A stretch of DNA of 48,515 nucleotides from a virus. Lineage: Duplodnaviria > Caudoviricetes. The notes under the pieces are model-generated. The model did not search any database and had not been told where the DNA came from. It saw only the letters and a program-made list of their open reading frames with translations. The position numbers and the translations under genes are program-made. The stretch is from positions 1 to 48,515 of IMG/VR virus record IMGVR_UViG_3300045837_000016; one strand, written 5' to 3'. Positions within the stretch are counted from its first letter, which is position 1; every line of letters starts with the position of its first letter. Positions 8,475-18,083 of the stretch are shown piece after piece.

Positions 8475-9337
8475 GCGCTCTCCTTCGGTGGGTAGCCGGC
8501 CTTCCAGGCGTTGCGCTCGGCGATGACCTGGGAGCCGCGAGACTGCAACGGGACAACCTTCGAGTCGCCAGCCCGCTCGATGTAGCGCTCGAGCTGGTCG
8601 TCGTTGCGGCAGATCGAAACGAGGTCGTCGTACACCGTGCCGTCCTCCCGGTTGACCGGAGGGTTGGATGCGGCCCCGTCGATCGCCTGGCGGATCTGGA
8701 GGACCGTGTAGCGCTTGAGCCTCGCCTGCACCCGCTTGCGTCGACCGTCGGTGAACTGGGCGTTGGGCTTGCGGCACCGCTCACGCCAGTACTCGAAGAT
8801 CTCGATCACGTCCCCCCGATTGTCGGCGGGGGGTATAGGGGGGTTTACCCCCTTAGGTGTAGGAGTGGAGTGGAGTGGAGAGGCAGCCTTAGCCTCTGGG
8901 TTCCCATCCGCAGAACCTGGCGGGAACCTAGCTGGGTTACCTGGCGGGTTACCCGGTGGGTTACCTGGCTGGGTTTTGCGGCGGCCACCCTTGCGGCCGT
9001 TCTCCCGACTGGCGTCGGCCGCGGCCTCGCGCTCGGCACGGCTCGGGTTCCAGATCAGGAAATCGTGCAGCAGGTAGTGCTCGTCGTCGCCGTCGATGAC
9101 ATCGAGCAGCCCGCATCCCAGCAGAGTGTTCAGCGTCTCCTGCTTGGCTTTCGCCGGCAGCGGCGAGTCATACAGCCACAGGTCCACGACCTTGCGGGGG
9201 ATCAGCCCGTCGGTCATGTGCCGGTTGCAGTAGGAGATCGCGAAGGCGTGGATCGCCACGGCAGCGGCAGAGCGCCGGAACGCGGCCCGGATCTTGGGGC
9301 TGTCGTCGTAGCGGTCATCGAGGCGAGCCCAGGGCAT
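8471..9337 (-). CDS. Replication initiator / replisome organiser
   Basis: MPWARLDDRYDDSPK..YCNRHMTDGLIP..YLLHDFLIWNPS; Pro-rich linker with repeats; C-terminal IFEYWRERC domain. Confidence 0.85.
   Translation of the reverse strand: MPWARLDDRYDDSPKIRAAFRRSAAAVAIHAFAISYCNRHMTDGLIPRKVVDLWLYDSPLPAKAKQETLNTLLGCGLLDVIDGDDEHYLLHDFLIWNPSRAEREAAADASRENGRKGGRRKTQPGNPPGNPPGNPARFPPGSADGNPEAKAASPLHSTPTPKGVNPPIPPADNRGDVIEIFEYWRERCRKPNAQFTDGRRKRVQARLKRYTVLQIRQAIDGAASNPPVNREDGTVYDDLVSICRNDDQLERYIERAGDSKVVPLQSRGSQVIAERNAWKAGYPPKESA
8914..8976. repeat. 12-bp iteron-like repeats (gggttacctggc), putative origin inside the initiator gene
   Basis: Copies at 8934, 8946 and 8958 plus degenerate copies; lambda O-type arrangement. 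Confidence 0.65.
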
Positions 9338-9568
9338 TTACGCTGCTTTCGGGAGCTTTTCGGGCTCCTGATAGTCGTAGTGCGCGTCGATCTGCCCAAG
9401 CCACGGGCCGCGGAGCACGTACACGTCCCCGTCAAGCTTGTCCCGGAGCACCGTCTCCCACTTCAAGAACTCCAGGGTGGCTTTCGCGCCGTAGCGCATC
9501 TCCCACTCCTGCCCGTCTCTCGGGCCGCCGTGGAGATGAGCGGTGACGATCGGAGGCTCGCTGCTCAT
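9338..9568 (-). CDS. Hypothetical protein (HLHGGPRDG motif)
   Basis: Coupled ORF; GGPxDG is a common small phage protein motif. Confidence 0.6.
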   Translation of the reverse strand: MSSEPPIVTAHLHGGPRDGQEWEMRYGAKATLEFLKWETVLRDKLDGDVYVLRGPWLGQIDAHYDYQEPEKLPKAA

Positions 9569-9894
9569 CCGAACTCCCTCAAAGCCAGGAGGGGCAGAAG
9601 CTCCTCTAGGGGCATCGTGGCCATCCATTCGTGCCGGTTGGGGCGGTGGATCAGGATCGGGATATCGGCCGGATCTGAGTCGCGGGCGAGCTGGTCAAGC
9701 GCCTTCGGGACGCTCAGTTTCTGCACTCGTTTGACCTCGAACGCGCACCCTTTCGGGCCGTTTGCGATGTCGTTTTTGCCCTTCTGCTCGCGCCCGTTGG
9801 AGGTTCTTTCAGCGAATCCCCAGCCGTAACGGTGGAAGATTTGGACGATTTCTCGCTCGCCTCGCGCCCCTTTTTCGCGTTCAGACGCGCTCAT
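9565..9894 (-). CDS. Holliday junction resolvase, Hjc-like PD-(D/E)XK
   Basis: KGARGEREI..NDI..AFEVKR..ILIHRPNRHEW. Confidence 0.85.
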   Translation of the reverse strand: MSASEREKGARGEREIVQIFHRYGWGFAERTSNGREQKGKNDIANGPKGCAFEVKRVQKLSVPKALDQLARDSDPADIPILIHRPNRHEWMATMPLEELLPLLALREFG

Positions 9895-10256
9895 TCGGTG
9901 CTCGTTTCGGGTCGCCAACGCTCTCCGGTCACGCGCTCGAGCGTCGAAATCAGGCCGAAACGCTTCACCGCAAACGCCAACTCGTCGCGGTGATGAGGCT
10001 CCAAGTACTCCAAGATCGACAGCTCGTGGTCGTCGTATTGCCGGTGGTGAGAGGGGCAAAGAGCGACCACGGCGAGCGCGTCATCGGCGCCCGTGGGGCA
10101 CAGGCTGCGGTCGATCAGGTGGGCTGGATGGACGGGTGCGCCGGCGCAGACGAGGCAGGACTTCCAGCGGACGGCCTCCCGCTGGGCGGGGCTTGCGGGA
10201 GAGATCGCCCGCGGCTTGCGCGGCGCGCCAGAGCGGCGGAGCGGCGTCTGCTTCAC
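9891..10256 (-). CDS. HNH-like nuclease
   Basis: CLVCAG..HPAHLI..VALCPSHHRQYD. Confidence 0.75.
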   Translation of the reverse strand: MKQTPLRRSGAPRKPRAISPASPAQREAVRWKSCLVCAGAPVHPAHLIDRSLCPTGADDALAVVALCPSHHRQYDDHELSILEYLEPHHRDELAFAVKRFGLISTLERVTGERWRPETSTE

Positions 10257-10580
10257 CTAGACCCTCCCCTGCGCGCGTAGCAGGCTCTGACCAATGCTGG
10301 CGCGCGTCTCAAGGACTCTCACGACAGCCTTGAGCGCCTCCCACTCCGCCTCCTCATTCCTGGCCTGAAGCGCCGTGTCGCGGTCAGCGATCGCGTTGCG
10401 CTCAGCCACCGTCCCGACAGCAGCGAGGAACGCCACGGCCCGGTCGCGCTCCCGGTCGCGCTTAGCGCGGAAGTACGCCATGCCCGCAGACTCCAGAGCG
10501 TTCTGCCTGACCGCCAGATCGTTCTCGATCTCGGCAAGCCGGTGCATCACCGCGGCCGGCGAGGAGAGGTCAGACGACAC
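10257..10580 (-). CDS. Coiled-coil protein of the recombination module
   Basis: GTVAERNAIA..LETRASIGQSLLR. Confidence 0.65.
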   Translation of the reverse strand: MSSDLSSPAAVMHRLAEIENDLAVRQNALESAGMAYFRAKRDRERDRAVAFLAAVGTVAERNAIADRDTALQARNEEAEWEALKAVVRVLETRASIGQSLLRAQGRV

Positions 10581-11046
10581 GGCTCACGCTCACCCTCCGC
10601 TCCTTCTCCTCTGAGCGGCACAGACGGTTGACCGTGGCCGCGACCTCACCGCCGAGCCTGCGCAGCGCCGTGATCCCAGCCTTGCGCGGCTTGTACGTCA
10701 CCACGGTTTCGACCGCAGCATCCACGGCCTCCACCGACAGCAGATCACGGTCCACGAGCGCCATCAGCGCCTCATGCAGCTCAGCCCCGTCCCACTCCTC
10801 TGAGGGCTGCGGGGACTGGCCGGTGACCTTCACGCCGTCAAGGCGCATCGTCCACGACGCCATCCGGTCCTGACGGTTGAGGATCTCGCGGGAGATCGCC
10901 TTCGTGGCCTCACGCAGCTCTGACTGGAGCTCGCGGATGTCCAGCAGGTAGAACGCCAGTGCGCGGGAGTCGGCGTCAAGGTCGATGACCGTGCCCGTGG
11001 CACGGATGACGAGATCGTTGCCTTGCTCGGAACTGGACGGGCTCAT
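10570..11046 (-). CDS. Hypothetical protein
   Basis: MSPSSSEQGND start; coupled. Confidence 0.6.
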   Translation of the reverse strand: MSPSSSEQGNDLVIRATGTVIDLDADSRALAFYLLDIRELQSELREATKAISREILNRQDRMASWTMRLDGVKVTGQSPQPSEEWDGAELHEALMALVDRDLLSVEAVDAAVETVVTYKPRKAGITALRRLGGEVAATVNRLCRSEEKERRVSVSRVV

Positions 11047-11246
11047 TCTTCGCCCTCGCAGATGGGGCATTCGTCCGCCGGGATCAGCCTGTCGGCGTAG
11101 CTCAGCTCCGGGTGGCTGTCGCCAGGGCCTCCGACCGGCTCGAACTCGACGATCTCGCCGCAGTTTTCGCAGACGACACGCCGCTCGGCCCCCGCTGACG
11201 GGTTCACCGGTCCCTCGTTGCTTTGGCTGGGATGCGAGTGGCTCAC
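11043..11246 (-). CDS. Small zinc-ribbon protein
   Basis: MSHSHPSQSNE start; CENC..CPIC. Confidence 0.6.
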   Translation of the reverse strand: MSHSHPSQSNEGPVNPSAGAERRVVCENCGEIVEFEPVGGPGDSHPELSYADRLIPADECPICEGEE

Positions 11247-11887
11247 GCCTTGGCCTCCGCGATCTTCTCCAGCACCGGGTTCACCAGCCGGGCAGGCAGG
11301 TTCGGCATCAGCGTCTCCTTCAGGTACTTCTCAGCCTCGTCCTCGTCGTTGAAGAACTTCACGTCAGCGCCGGCCGCCAGGCGGGTGAGGTTCGCCAGCG
11401 CGCTCGGGGTCAGGTTGCGCTCGCGGGCTTTGACGAAGATCAGGTTGCGCTGCTTCTCCGACGCCTTGTGCTCCTGATGAGGCTGCCCCGGCTGGGAGGC
11501 CTGGTGCCCGTCGTCGTCCTCGTCGGAGACAAGGTTCAGCACCGCCGACAGCGCATACCTTCTCGCGTACGTGAGAGCGGACCCCATGCCCTGCGGGTCG
11601 TTCTTGGTGAGCAGCAGCGGCATCCGGCCGAGGATCTCCTCACCCGAGTCGGCGTGGATCAGCCGGTACTCCAACACCGGGTGGCCGGTGTTCTCGTCGT
11701 AGCCGGGGAGCGCGGTCCACGCCAGGCCGTGCTGGGAGAGCAAGGGGCGGATCGTCTCCACGATCGTGTCCAGCGGGGTAAAGCGAGATCGAAAGTGAGG
11801 ATTCTCCGCGTCCTTGCGCAGCGTCGGAGCAGCGCCCTGGAAGGCGGCGAGCGCCGCGGCGAGGCTCTTGTGCGTCGCCGCTGGCAT
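11243..11887 (-). CDS. erf: ERF-family single-strand annealing recombinase
   Basis: KDAENPHFRSRF..QGMGSALTYARRYALSAVLNLVSDEDDDG. Confidence 0.93.
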   Translation of the reverse strand: MPAATHKSLAAALAAFQGAAPTLRKDAENPHFRSRFTPLDTIVETIRPLLSQHGLAWTALPGYDENTGHPVLEYRLIHADSGEEILGRMPLLLTKNDPQGMGSALTYARRYALSAVLNLVSDEDDDGHQASQPGQPHQEHKASEKQRNLIFVKARERNLTPSALANLTRLAAGADVKFFNDEDEAEKYLKETLMPNLPARLVNPVLEKIAEAKA

Positions 11888-12100
11888 CAGAACGGAGCCT
11901 CGACAGCGACAATGCAGGCGTCGAGCAGTTCGTCGGTGACGATCATGCTCGGCTCGAACTCCCGTAGCGCCCCAGCCAGCCGGTCGCGCTTGCCCTCATG
12001 TATGGCGGCAAGCTCAGGGAAACGGCCCGCCTGGGACATGAACACTTCGACGGGGATCGAATCCAGCACGGCCAGCGCCGTACGGCTGGGCTCTCTCATC
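11887..12100 (-). CDS. Hypothetical protein (MREPSRT...)
   Basis: GGAGGAG RBS. Confidence 0.55.
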
Positions 12101-12205
12101 ACTACTCCTCCTCTGCGGGTTCGATCAGCGGGGTGGTGAGCAGCGCATACGCGCGCTCTGCAAACCAGACGACTTCCAGTAGGCAAGCCACCGGCCAGAA
12201 ACGCT

Positions 12206-12460
12206 TCACTCCTCGTCGCCCCCATCCATCATCTGCGCGGCGTTGGTGACGTTCCAGAGCGCTTCGCTGAGGTCATACAACTCCGAGGCGAAGCCTGCAT
12301 CGGCCTCGTCTTCCAAGCGGTCAAGGATGCGGTCCGAGATAGCGAGCATCCGCTCGACGCGAGAGGGGGTCGGGCGCTTGGGCGCGGGCATCAGGACTGT
12401 CGTGTCTGCGAACAGGACGCCGTCGCGTAGGGCGTCGGATGGCCGGTGAGCGCTACTCAC
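12206..12460 (-). CDS. Hypothetical protein
   Basis: Coupled ORF. Confidence 0.55.
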   Translation of the reverse strand: MSSAHRPSDALRDGVLFADTTVLMPAPKRPTPSRVERMLAISDRILDRLEDEADAGFASELYDLSEALWNVTNAAQMMDGGDEE

Positions 12461-12678
12461 AGCAACTCCCTCTCAGGTTCGACCTCCGGCAAGAGCCATA
12501 TTTCGATGAACTGGGCGCGCAGCCCGTCATACGAGTGCTCGCGAGCAACCCGAGCCAGAAGCTCAGCCGCGCGCTTCTGATCCACACGCCAGCGAAACTC
12601 CTCCCAGCAGAACAGGAGCACGACCGCGAGAGCGCACGCGCCCCAGCCGGCGAGCATGAGAACGACCCCGGTGCTCAC
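12457..12678 (-). CDS. Small membrane protein
   Basis: GVVLMLAGWGACALAVVLLFCW. Confidence 0.5.
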   Translation of the reverse strand: MSTGVVLMLAGWGACALAVVLLFCWEEFRWRVDQKRAAELLARVAREHSYDGLRAQFIEIWLLPEVEPERELL

Positions 12679-12772
12679 CGATGCCTCCGCAGACACCACA
12701 AGAGCAGCAGCGACGGGACACCGAAGCCGACCACGCCGATGCACAGGCCGATCGCGAAGGTAGCGAGATCGT

Positions 12773-13126
12773 TCACCGAAACAGCCCCTCGGGCTCGGAC
12801 TCGATCAGGTCAGCGATCTCCTCGAAGGTCGCGCCGTAGCTGTCGTTACAGCGGACGAGGCTGCGACGGCGGTCCTTGGGCAACGCGAAATGGCTTGCGA
12901 GTCCCAGCCAATCCCGCACCCCGAGCGGTAGGAAGCCGCCCTGGAAGGACTCGCCGGGGGGCCCGAACTGCTCATCGCGCCACTCGCCGCCAACCTCGCG
13001 GCGATAGACCTCGCACGCCACGCCGAGACAGCACATGCGCCCGTCCTGATCGCGCAGCGTGCCCTTGGCCTGCTGAAACTCTCCCGAGCGCAGCGCCTGC
13101 ACCCACTTGCGTGCGTTCTCGTTCAC
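12773..13126 (-). CDS. Conserved phage hypothetical protein
   Basis: KWVQALRSGEFQQAKGTL..MCCLGVACEV..NDSYGATFEEIADLIE. Confidence 0.8.
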   Translation of the reverse strand: MNENARKWVQALRSGEFQQAKGTLRDQDGRMCCLGVACEVYRREVGGEWRDEQFGPPGESFQGGFLPLGVRDWLGLASHFALPKDRRRSLVRCNDSYGATFEEIADLIESEPEGLFR

Positions 13127-13570
13127 CTTTCCTCCTCTGTCAGCCAGTCGCCGCGCGCTACGTCGTAGGCGCGGTCCAGTCGGACTACCTCCTCGTAAGA
13201 AGGTGAGCCCACGGGGCTAGGGGGCGTTGCCCCGTGGGCTGCGCGCGAGGGAGCGACCGACCCCCTGCGCGGATCGGCAGCGGAGGAGAGAACGCCGCCG
13301 AAGAATGAGTCGCCGCCACCCCGCTGTTTCATGACGGGGATCAACCCTGTCCGGACCTCTCGTCCGGCACCATGGCGGGGAGGCGACGACAACCCGAGGG
13401 CGTAGTCCTGGAAGGACCCTCGGAAGCTCATGCGAAGTTGAGGATCGTGGTGAGCGCCAGCGCCAGCGTGGCGATGCCGAAACACACGGTCGTGGTGGCG
13501 TCGGGTGAAACGCAGACGCAAACGAGGCAAACGACCCAGCACGCGATCTGCCAGGCAAACAAGACAAGTC

Positions 13571-13834
13571 TCATGCCGCAGCCCTCCGCCGACGCTTGGG
13601 CTTGACGCGATGGTCGGTGTAGAACCACGCGATCTCCCGGCCGAGGATCTCGGAGAGCTTGGCGAGGTTGGTGGGGCTCGGGGAGATCCCGTCGCGCTCC
13701 CACCGCCCGATCGCCCGTGTATCAAGACCCATCCGCTGCGCAAGCAGACGCTGGGTCATTCCTTTAGAGAGGCGAGCGTCACGAATGTTCGCCCCCAGGA
13801 TCGTCACGATTTGATTAGCGGCTTGACTCGTCAT
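13571..13834 (-). CDS. cro: Cro-like Xre HTH regulator
   Basis: IRDARLSKGMTQRLLAQRMGLDTRAIGRWERD; first gene of the early operon, divergent from the repressor. Confidence 0.85.
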   Translation of the reverse strand: MTSQAANQIVTILGANIRDARLSKGMTQRLLAQRMGLDTRAIGRWERDGISPSPTNLAKLSEILGREIAWFYTDHRVKPKRRRRAAA

Positions 13835-13929
13835 CTGTAGACGAGCATACTCCTCACATCGTGACGAGTCAAGCCCTGTCGCATCAAATGATGCAGACAA
13901 GCCGCGGCCGAGTACTTAGGTTGCAGGCC
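13801..13929. promoter_or_regulatory. Lysis/lysogeny switch: divergent promoters and operators
   Basis: - strand TTGACT-17-TATGCT (13872..13844) lies 9 nt before the cro ATG. + strand CAGACA-17-TAGGTT (13894..13922) lies 7 nt before the cI GTG. TCGTCA-N5-TGACGA-like sites at 13801, 13828, 13851; 14-bp inverted repeat 13820-13833/13862-13875. Confidence 0.8.
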
Positions 13930-14313
13930 GTGGCAGCCGAGTTCCTCGAACAGATGGGCGCGCAGATGCGCGGCCGGCGCGAAGCGCTGGGCCTCTCACG
14001 CTCCGAAGTCGCCCGACGAATGCCGGGGAAGGTGTCAGAGAACCAGGTCTACCGCTGGGAGAAGGGGCTGCACCAGCCCAACCCCGACACGCTGCAAGCG
14101 CTCGCCGACGTTCTCGAGTGCAGCGTGGCCACGCTCATGTCATCGCCGCCCGTCAAGGAGCGCACCCCTGAGCCCTTCAGTGCCCTCTCCCAGCTTGACC
14201 GCATCGAGCACAAGCTCGACCTGCTCATCGCGCTCGCAGAGCAAGAGGTTGGCGATCAGGTGCTCCGAGCCGTCGAGCAAGACATGCGGCAAGCCGACCG
14301 CAAGGCGTCCTGA
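13930..14313 (+). CDS. cI: CI-like immunity repressor (Xre HTH, no S24 peptidase domain), probably leaderless
   Basis: RGRREALGLSRSEVARRMPGKVSENQVYRWEKGLHQP. Confidence 0.85.
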   Translation: MAAEFLEQMGAQMRGRREALGLSRSEVARRMPGKVSENQVYRWEKGLHQPNPDTLQALADVLECSVATLMSSPPVKERTPEPFSALSQLDRIEHKLDLLIALAEQEVGDQVLRAVEQDMRQADRKAS

Positions 14314-14663
14314 GCAGATCATCGGGCGGCATCACCGCCGCCAGCTCCGCCAGCGCCGCCGCCGCCCACTCAGTCGTCTCATGCAGTTCGGTGGCGCCCC
14401 CACCAATGAGCCTCAGCGAGGCCATCCCTGCCCTGCTCTCCATCTCCCGCTCCCTTAACCGATCCGGCGTCAACTTGCCGTCAACGGCACGTTACCGGGT
14501 CGTAAATGGACTCTCAACCTGCATGATAACCCGCAATTTGCGAGAATCCAGCGAGAAGGGCTGGCCATGGCTACCCAACGCGCGCCAAACCTCCGTATCG
14601 CCCCGAACCACGATGTCAGATCGCTGACAAATTCCCGTTTCGATTCGAGCCCTAGAACGCCGA

Positions 14664-14697
14664 GAGCCCCCCGATCCCATAAGGGACCGAGGGGCTC
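14664..14697 (-). terminator. Hairpin at the end of the late/lysis operon
   Basis: GAGCCCC..TCCC-ATAA-GGGA..GGGGCTC just after the holin stop; weak U tract. Confidence 0.55.
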
Positions 14698-14729
14698 AAG
14701 GAACCAAGGCACGTATCGCAGACGCGAGT

Positions 14730-14912
14730 CTACTTCACAGGCTTAGAGCGCAAGGCGTGAGCGATCAGCACCGCCGCAGCAAGCACCGTCGAACCACCCG
14801 CGATCAACGTCTCCTGCAAGGGAGCCAGCGACGGCACGAACGCCACCACCAGCCCGACCACCTGGGTGACCGCCGCAAGCACATGCGCCTGCACGGTCGA
14901 GAAATCGTTCAC
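14730..14912 (-). CDS. Putative holin (2 TM)
   Basis: 60 aa, two hydrophobic helices, basic C-terminus. Confidence 0.65.
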   Translation of the reverse strand: MNDFSTVQAHVLAAVTQVVGLVVAFVPSLAPLQETLIAGGSTVLAAAVLIAHALRSKPVK

Positions 14913-15045
14913 GACTCATCCTTTCTGACGACCACAAACCAGCAGCAGTACGGCTGCGGGTTGACCGCCTGGATCACGAACTCAGGGCCCATCCTGTCGG
15001 CGATGTCCAGCGCCTGCGTGAGGCTCGGGGTGACCGCGTACGGGC

Positions 15046-16068
15046 TCAGTCGAGCCACAGCACACGCTCTGCGGTCACGCGACCCTTCTCAGGGTCCACG
15101 AAGTTCAGCCGCTGCCCCGGCGTCCCCGTCGCCGCGACAAACTCCTTCGCGTACGCGGAGTCTGACTCGATCGACGGGTTGACGAACACGCGCCCCTTCC
15201 CGTTCGCCAACGGGAGAGTCAGGGCCTGGTGAAAGTGGCCCATCATCACGTCAGTGAACGGCGGCAGCACACCCGACGCCCAGGCGTTGCACTTGCGAAG
15301 GATCCCGAACGCCGGCGTGTTGCCGCCGAAGCTCTTGATCGCGTCGCCGTGCTGCAACAGCGCCCGGTAGTTGCCGGCCTGCACGATCGAATACCACGAC
15401 TCGGCGGGATTCCAGACCAGCCGATCTAGGCCGCCCATACGTTCGTTGGTGATGCGGTAGATCAGCCGGTCCAAGTTGTCAGAGCGCGGATAGTCCCCGC
15501 GCCTCCCGATGCGCCCATGGTTGCCCTGCGCCTCCCACACCACCACGCGCTCAAAGCACGACAAGAGCATCCTGAGCAGCGTCTCGACCATCTGGGAGGC
15601 GGCGAACACCTGCGCGAACATCGTGGAGTCGACCTCGTAGGCGTGGCCGGGGAAGATGCCCGTGTTGTCAGCCATATCCCCCGCCAGCAGCACATGGCAC
15701 TCTCTGACGGGATGGTCGGCGCGCTCGATCTCGGCGATCTTCCGGACCTTCTCCGCCAGCAGCGAGATCCGCGCCCGGGCGACCTCGGTCGAGAAGCTCG
15801 GGGTGGCCTTGCCGACATGCCAGTCAGAGCACAACAGCACCGCGACCTCCGCGCGCTTTCGCCGGTCCACCGGAGGCTTGGGGATCTCCGGGGGCGGTCC
15901 GAGGATCACCGCCGCATCCTTCGCCGCCTGGTAGACCGCCTCGATCAGATCCGCGGTCTTGGCTTTCGCGGTCGCCAGACGCACCTGCAGGTTGCGGTTG
16001 GCTCGGCGCAGCTGTTCGAGCTCGGCCTCGGCGTCGAACTCTGAGAGGTCAGGTTCGCTCACAGCCAC
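15046..16068 (-). CDS. Calcineurin-like metallophosphoesterase
   Basis: SDWHVG, AGDMAD, GNHG, HGD, GHFH motifs. Confidence 0.9.
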   Translation of the reverse strand: MAVSEPDLSEFDAEAELEQLRRANRNLQVRLATAKAKTADLIEAVYQAAKDAAVILGPPPEIPKPPVDRRKRAEVAVLLCSDWHVGKATPSFSTEVARARISLLAEKVRKIAEIERADHPVRECHVLLAGDMADNTGIFPGHAYEVDSTMFAQVFAASQMVETLLRMLLSCFERVVVWEAQGNHGRIGRRGDYPRSDNLDRLIYRITNERMGGLDRLVWNPAESWYSIVQAGNYRALLQHGDAIKSFGGNTPAFGILRKCNAWASGVLPPFTDVMMGHFHQALTLPLANGKGRVFVNPSIESDSAYAKEFVAATGTPGQRLNFVDPEKGRVTAERVLWLD

Positions 16069-16282
16069 ACTCGCCCTTGCGGTGGCGTCCCACCATCTCC
16101 GCGGTCAGGTGCTCGCCCTTGCCCTTGCCCCATCGTGCGATGGCCGTGTTGGGCAGGTGTGTGGCTTTGAGCGCGGCCTCGAGCTTGGCGCGATCCTTCG
16201 CCCCGAGCCTTGCGAGCACTTTGCCTACGCCGCAGCGCGGGCCGTTTAGCACGATGTGCGCCTCGAACTCCGATAGGTCCAC
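16049..16282 (-). CDS. Small Cys/His protein preceding the phosphoesterase
   Basis: RCGVGKVL..NTAIARW..GRHRKGECGC. Confidence 0.65.
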   Translation of the reverse strand: MDLSEFEAHIVLNGPRCGVGKVLARLGAKDRAKLEAALKATHLPNTAIARWGKGKGEHLTAEMVGRHRKGECGCERT

Positions 16283-16414
16283 CTTTACCTCCACGGGTAG
16301 TCGGCTCGGTCCACGAAGATCAGGTAGCCCCCGATGAGGATGAGCGCGGCCCCGGAGTGCGCGTGATGGATGCGCCACCGCCCCACGTACACACGCGGTC
16401 CGGACGGGTGGCGT

Positions 16415-16660
16415 TCAAGCGTGAGCGGGAGTCTCATGCCAGTGGCGCTTGCAGGACGGCCAGCCGTGCTTGGGGTGCCGGTGCCCCGGCCGCCAGCAGC
16501 CCTTGTGATGGCAGTTGTGGTGCTTGGCGATACCGATCAGCGCAGCGAGAACGGACGCCTCGCTGAGATCAGAGCCAGCGCCCGACCACCACTGGTAGCC
16601 GTTGTCGTGCAGCGGATGCAGCAGGTAGGTGCTGATCGCGGTGGCAAGCCAGTGGATCAC
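16415..16660 (-). CDS. Small membrane/His-Cys protein
   Basis: GYQWWSGAGSD..HNCHHKGCWR..CKRH. Confidence 0.65.
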   Translation of the reverse strand: MIHWLATAISTYLLHPLHDNGYQWWSGAGSDLSEASVLAALIGIAKHHNCHHKGCWRPGHRHPKHGWPSCKRHWHETPAHA

Positions 16661-16888
16661 ACCCGCTCCTTGACGTGCTCAGGCAGCCGGCGGATCTGCA
16701 TCCGCTGCCGAGTCCACGAATGCCGCCACGCCATGCCAGCAACGAACCCCAAGACCAGCGCGAGCGCCGCGCAGCCGATCACCACGGGCATCGCGAAGTC
16801 CCCCAGCACTGGCCCAACAGCCGGTCCCTCAGCCGCCGGTTCTCGGCCTCAAGCTCAGCGATCCGGCGCAGCAGAATCGCGACCAGCA

Positions 16889-17194
16889 TCAGTCGCTCTC
16901 GATCTGATGATCGTCAGGCGCGATCTCCAGCGCCGGGGCGGCAAGCGCCGCCTCAAGCCGTTCGATCTCCGGGTCGGGCGCGGGGACTATCAGCCGCGCC
17001 TCCTTGATCGTGTCCTCGTCAAGCGGCGTCGTGTAGCACGAGCCGTCATACATCAGCGGGTGGCGCACGTTGACCGCGTCCACGATCTGCCTGCCGTAGG
17101 AGCCCTCCCGGATCGCGACCACCTGATACAGCTCCTTCTCGGTGGCGAGATACGCGCCGACCTTGCGCTTGGGATCATCGGTCTTGGTGGCCAT
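16889..17194 (-). CDS. Hypothetical protein
   Basis: GGGAGG RBS. Confidence 0.55.
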   Translation of the reverse strand: MATKTDDPKRKVGAYLATEKELYQVVAIREGSYGRQIVDAVNVRHPLMYDGSCYTTPLDEDTIKEARLIVPAPDPEIERLEAALAAPALEIAPDDHQIESD

Positions 17195-17374
17195 CAGCAC
17201 TGCCTCCCGTAGGCGTGCTCACACCACGCGACCTGCACCGCAGCCCACGCCCGGTCCAGATCCTCCCGCAGCTCCACGACAAGCTGATCGTCGACCTCGG
17301 GGTGGCTTTCGCAGGCGCGGACGTGCTCTAGCTGCGCCTGGTAAGCCTGCTGGGCGGCAGCGATATGCATGACA

Positions 17375-18073
17375 TCACCCCAGCGGCTTGGAGTCGGCGG
17401 GTATCCCGCGGATGCGCCACTGGCCACGACGCGGCCCCTGACGGCACACCTGAAGCTCCGCGGAATCCCAGACCTCCGGCGCGTGCTGGGGCCCGAAATG
17501 CACCCCCGGCCACGGGGTCCCGTGCACATCCCAGATCCCATGGTTCAGGCTGAACGTGCCCGCGAAGTGAGCTGCCCCGCGAGGGATCAGCGGCGCCGGC
17601 TGCGTGTCCTTGAAGAAGTCGGCGCGGGCGACATCCAGGTCCACGTTCGGCAGGCTGGTGTACTGGTCGGCGTCCGCCCATCCCGGCATCGAGTGCGGGT
17701 CGCCGTTCCAGTCAGCCACCCACCGCTTGATCCGCTTGCCGTACTTGTGAAGCGCCGCCAGCAGCCCCTGGCGCTCCCACGTGTCCAGCGAGGCGTAGAC
17801 GCAGATCAGTCTCACGTCCAGCAGCACCTGCTCAGCCACCCAGCTTTCGGCCTGTCCGACGGTGAGATCCCCCGCCTCGCAGTCGCAGGCGAAGATCCCC
17901 GGCCCGGTGAGCCCGTGCACAGTGATGCCGTACAGCGCCGCGTGCGGGCACCGAGCGGCAACCTCGGCACGGTTGGCGTAAAGGCCGTCGGCGTAGAAGA
18001 CAGCGACCTTCGCGTTGGGGTCAAGCGCGGCAGCGTTCACCGCGTCCTTGAAGGAGATCAACTGCGTAGGCAT
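17375..18073 (-). CDS. Endolysin, GH25-like muramidase
   Basis: CDCEAGD, ICVYASLDTW, RWVADWNG, DQY..VDLD; lies in the lysis module. Confidence 0.7.
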   Translation of the reverse strand: MPTQLISFKDAVNAAALDPNAKVAVFYADGLYANRAEVAARCPHAALYGITVHGLTGPGIFACDCEAGDLTVGQAESWVAEQVLLDVRLICVYASLDTWERQGLLAALHKYGKRIKRWVADWNGDPHSMPGWADADQYTSLPNVDLDVARADFFKDTQPAPLIPRGAAHFAGTFSLNHGIWDVHGTPWPGVHFGPQHAPEVWDSAELQVCRQGPRRGQWRIRGIPADSKPLG

Positions 18074-18083
18074 CGGGCCCTCC

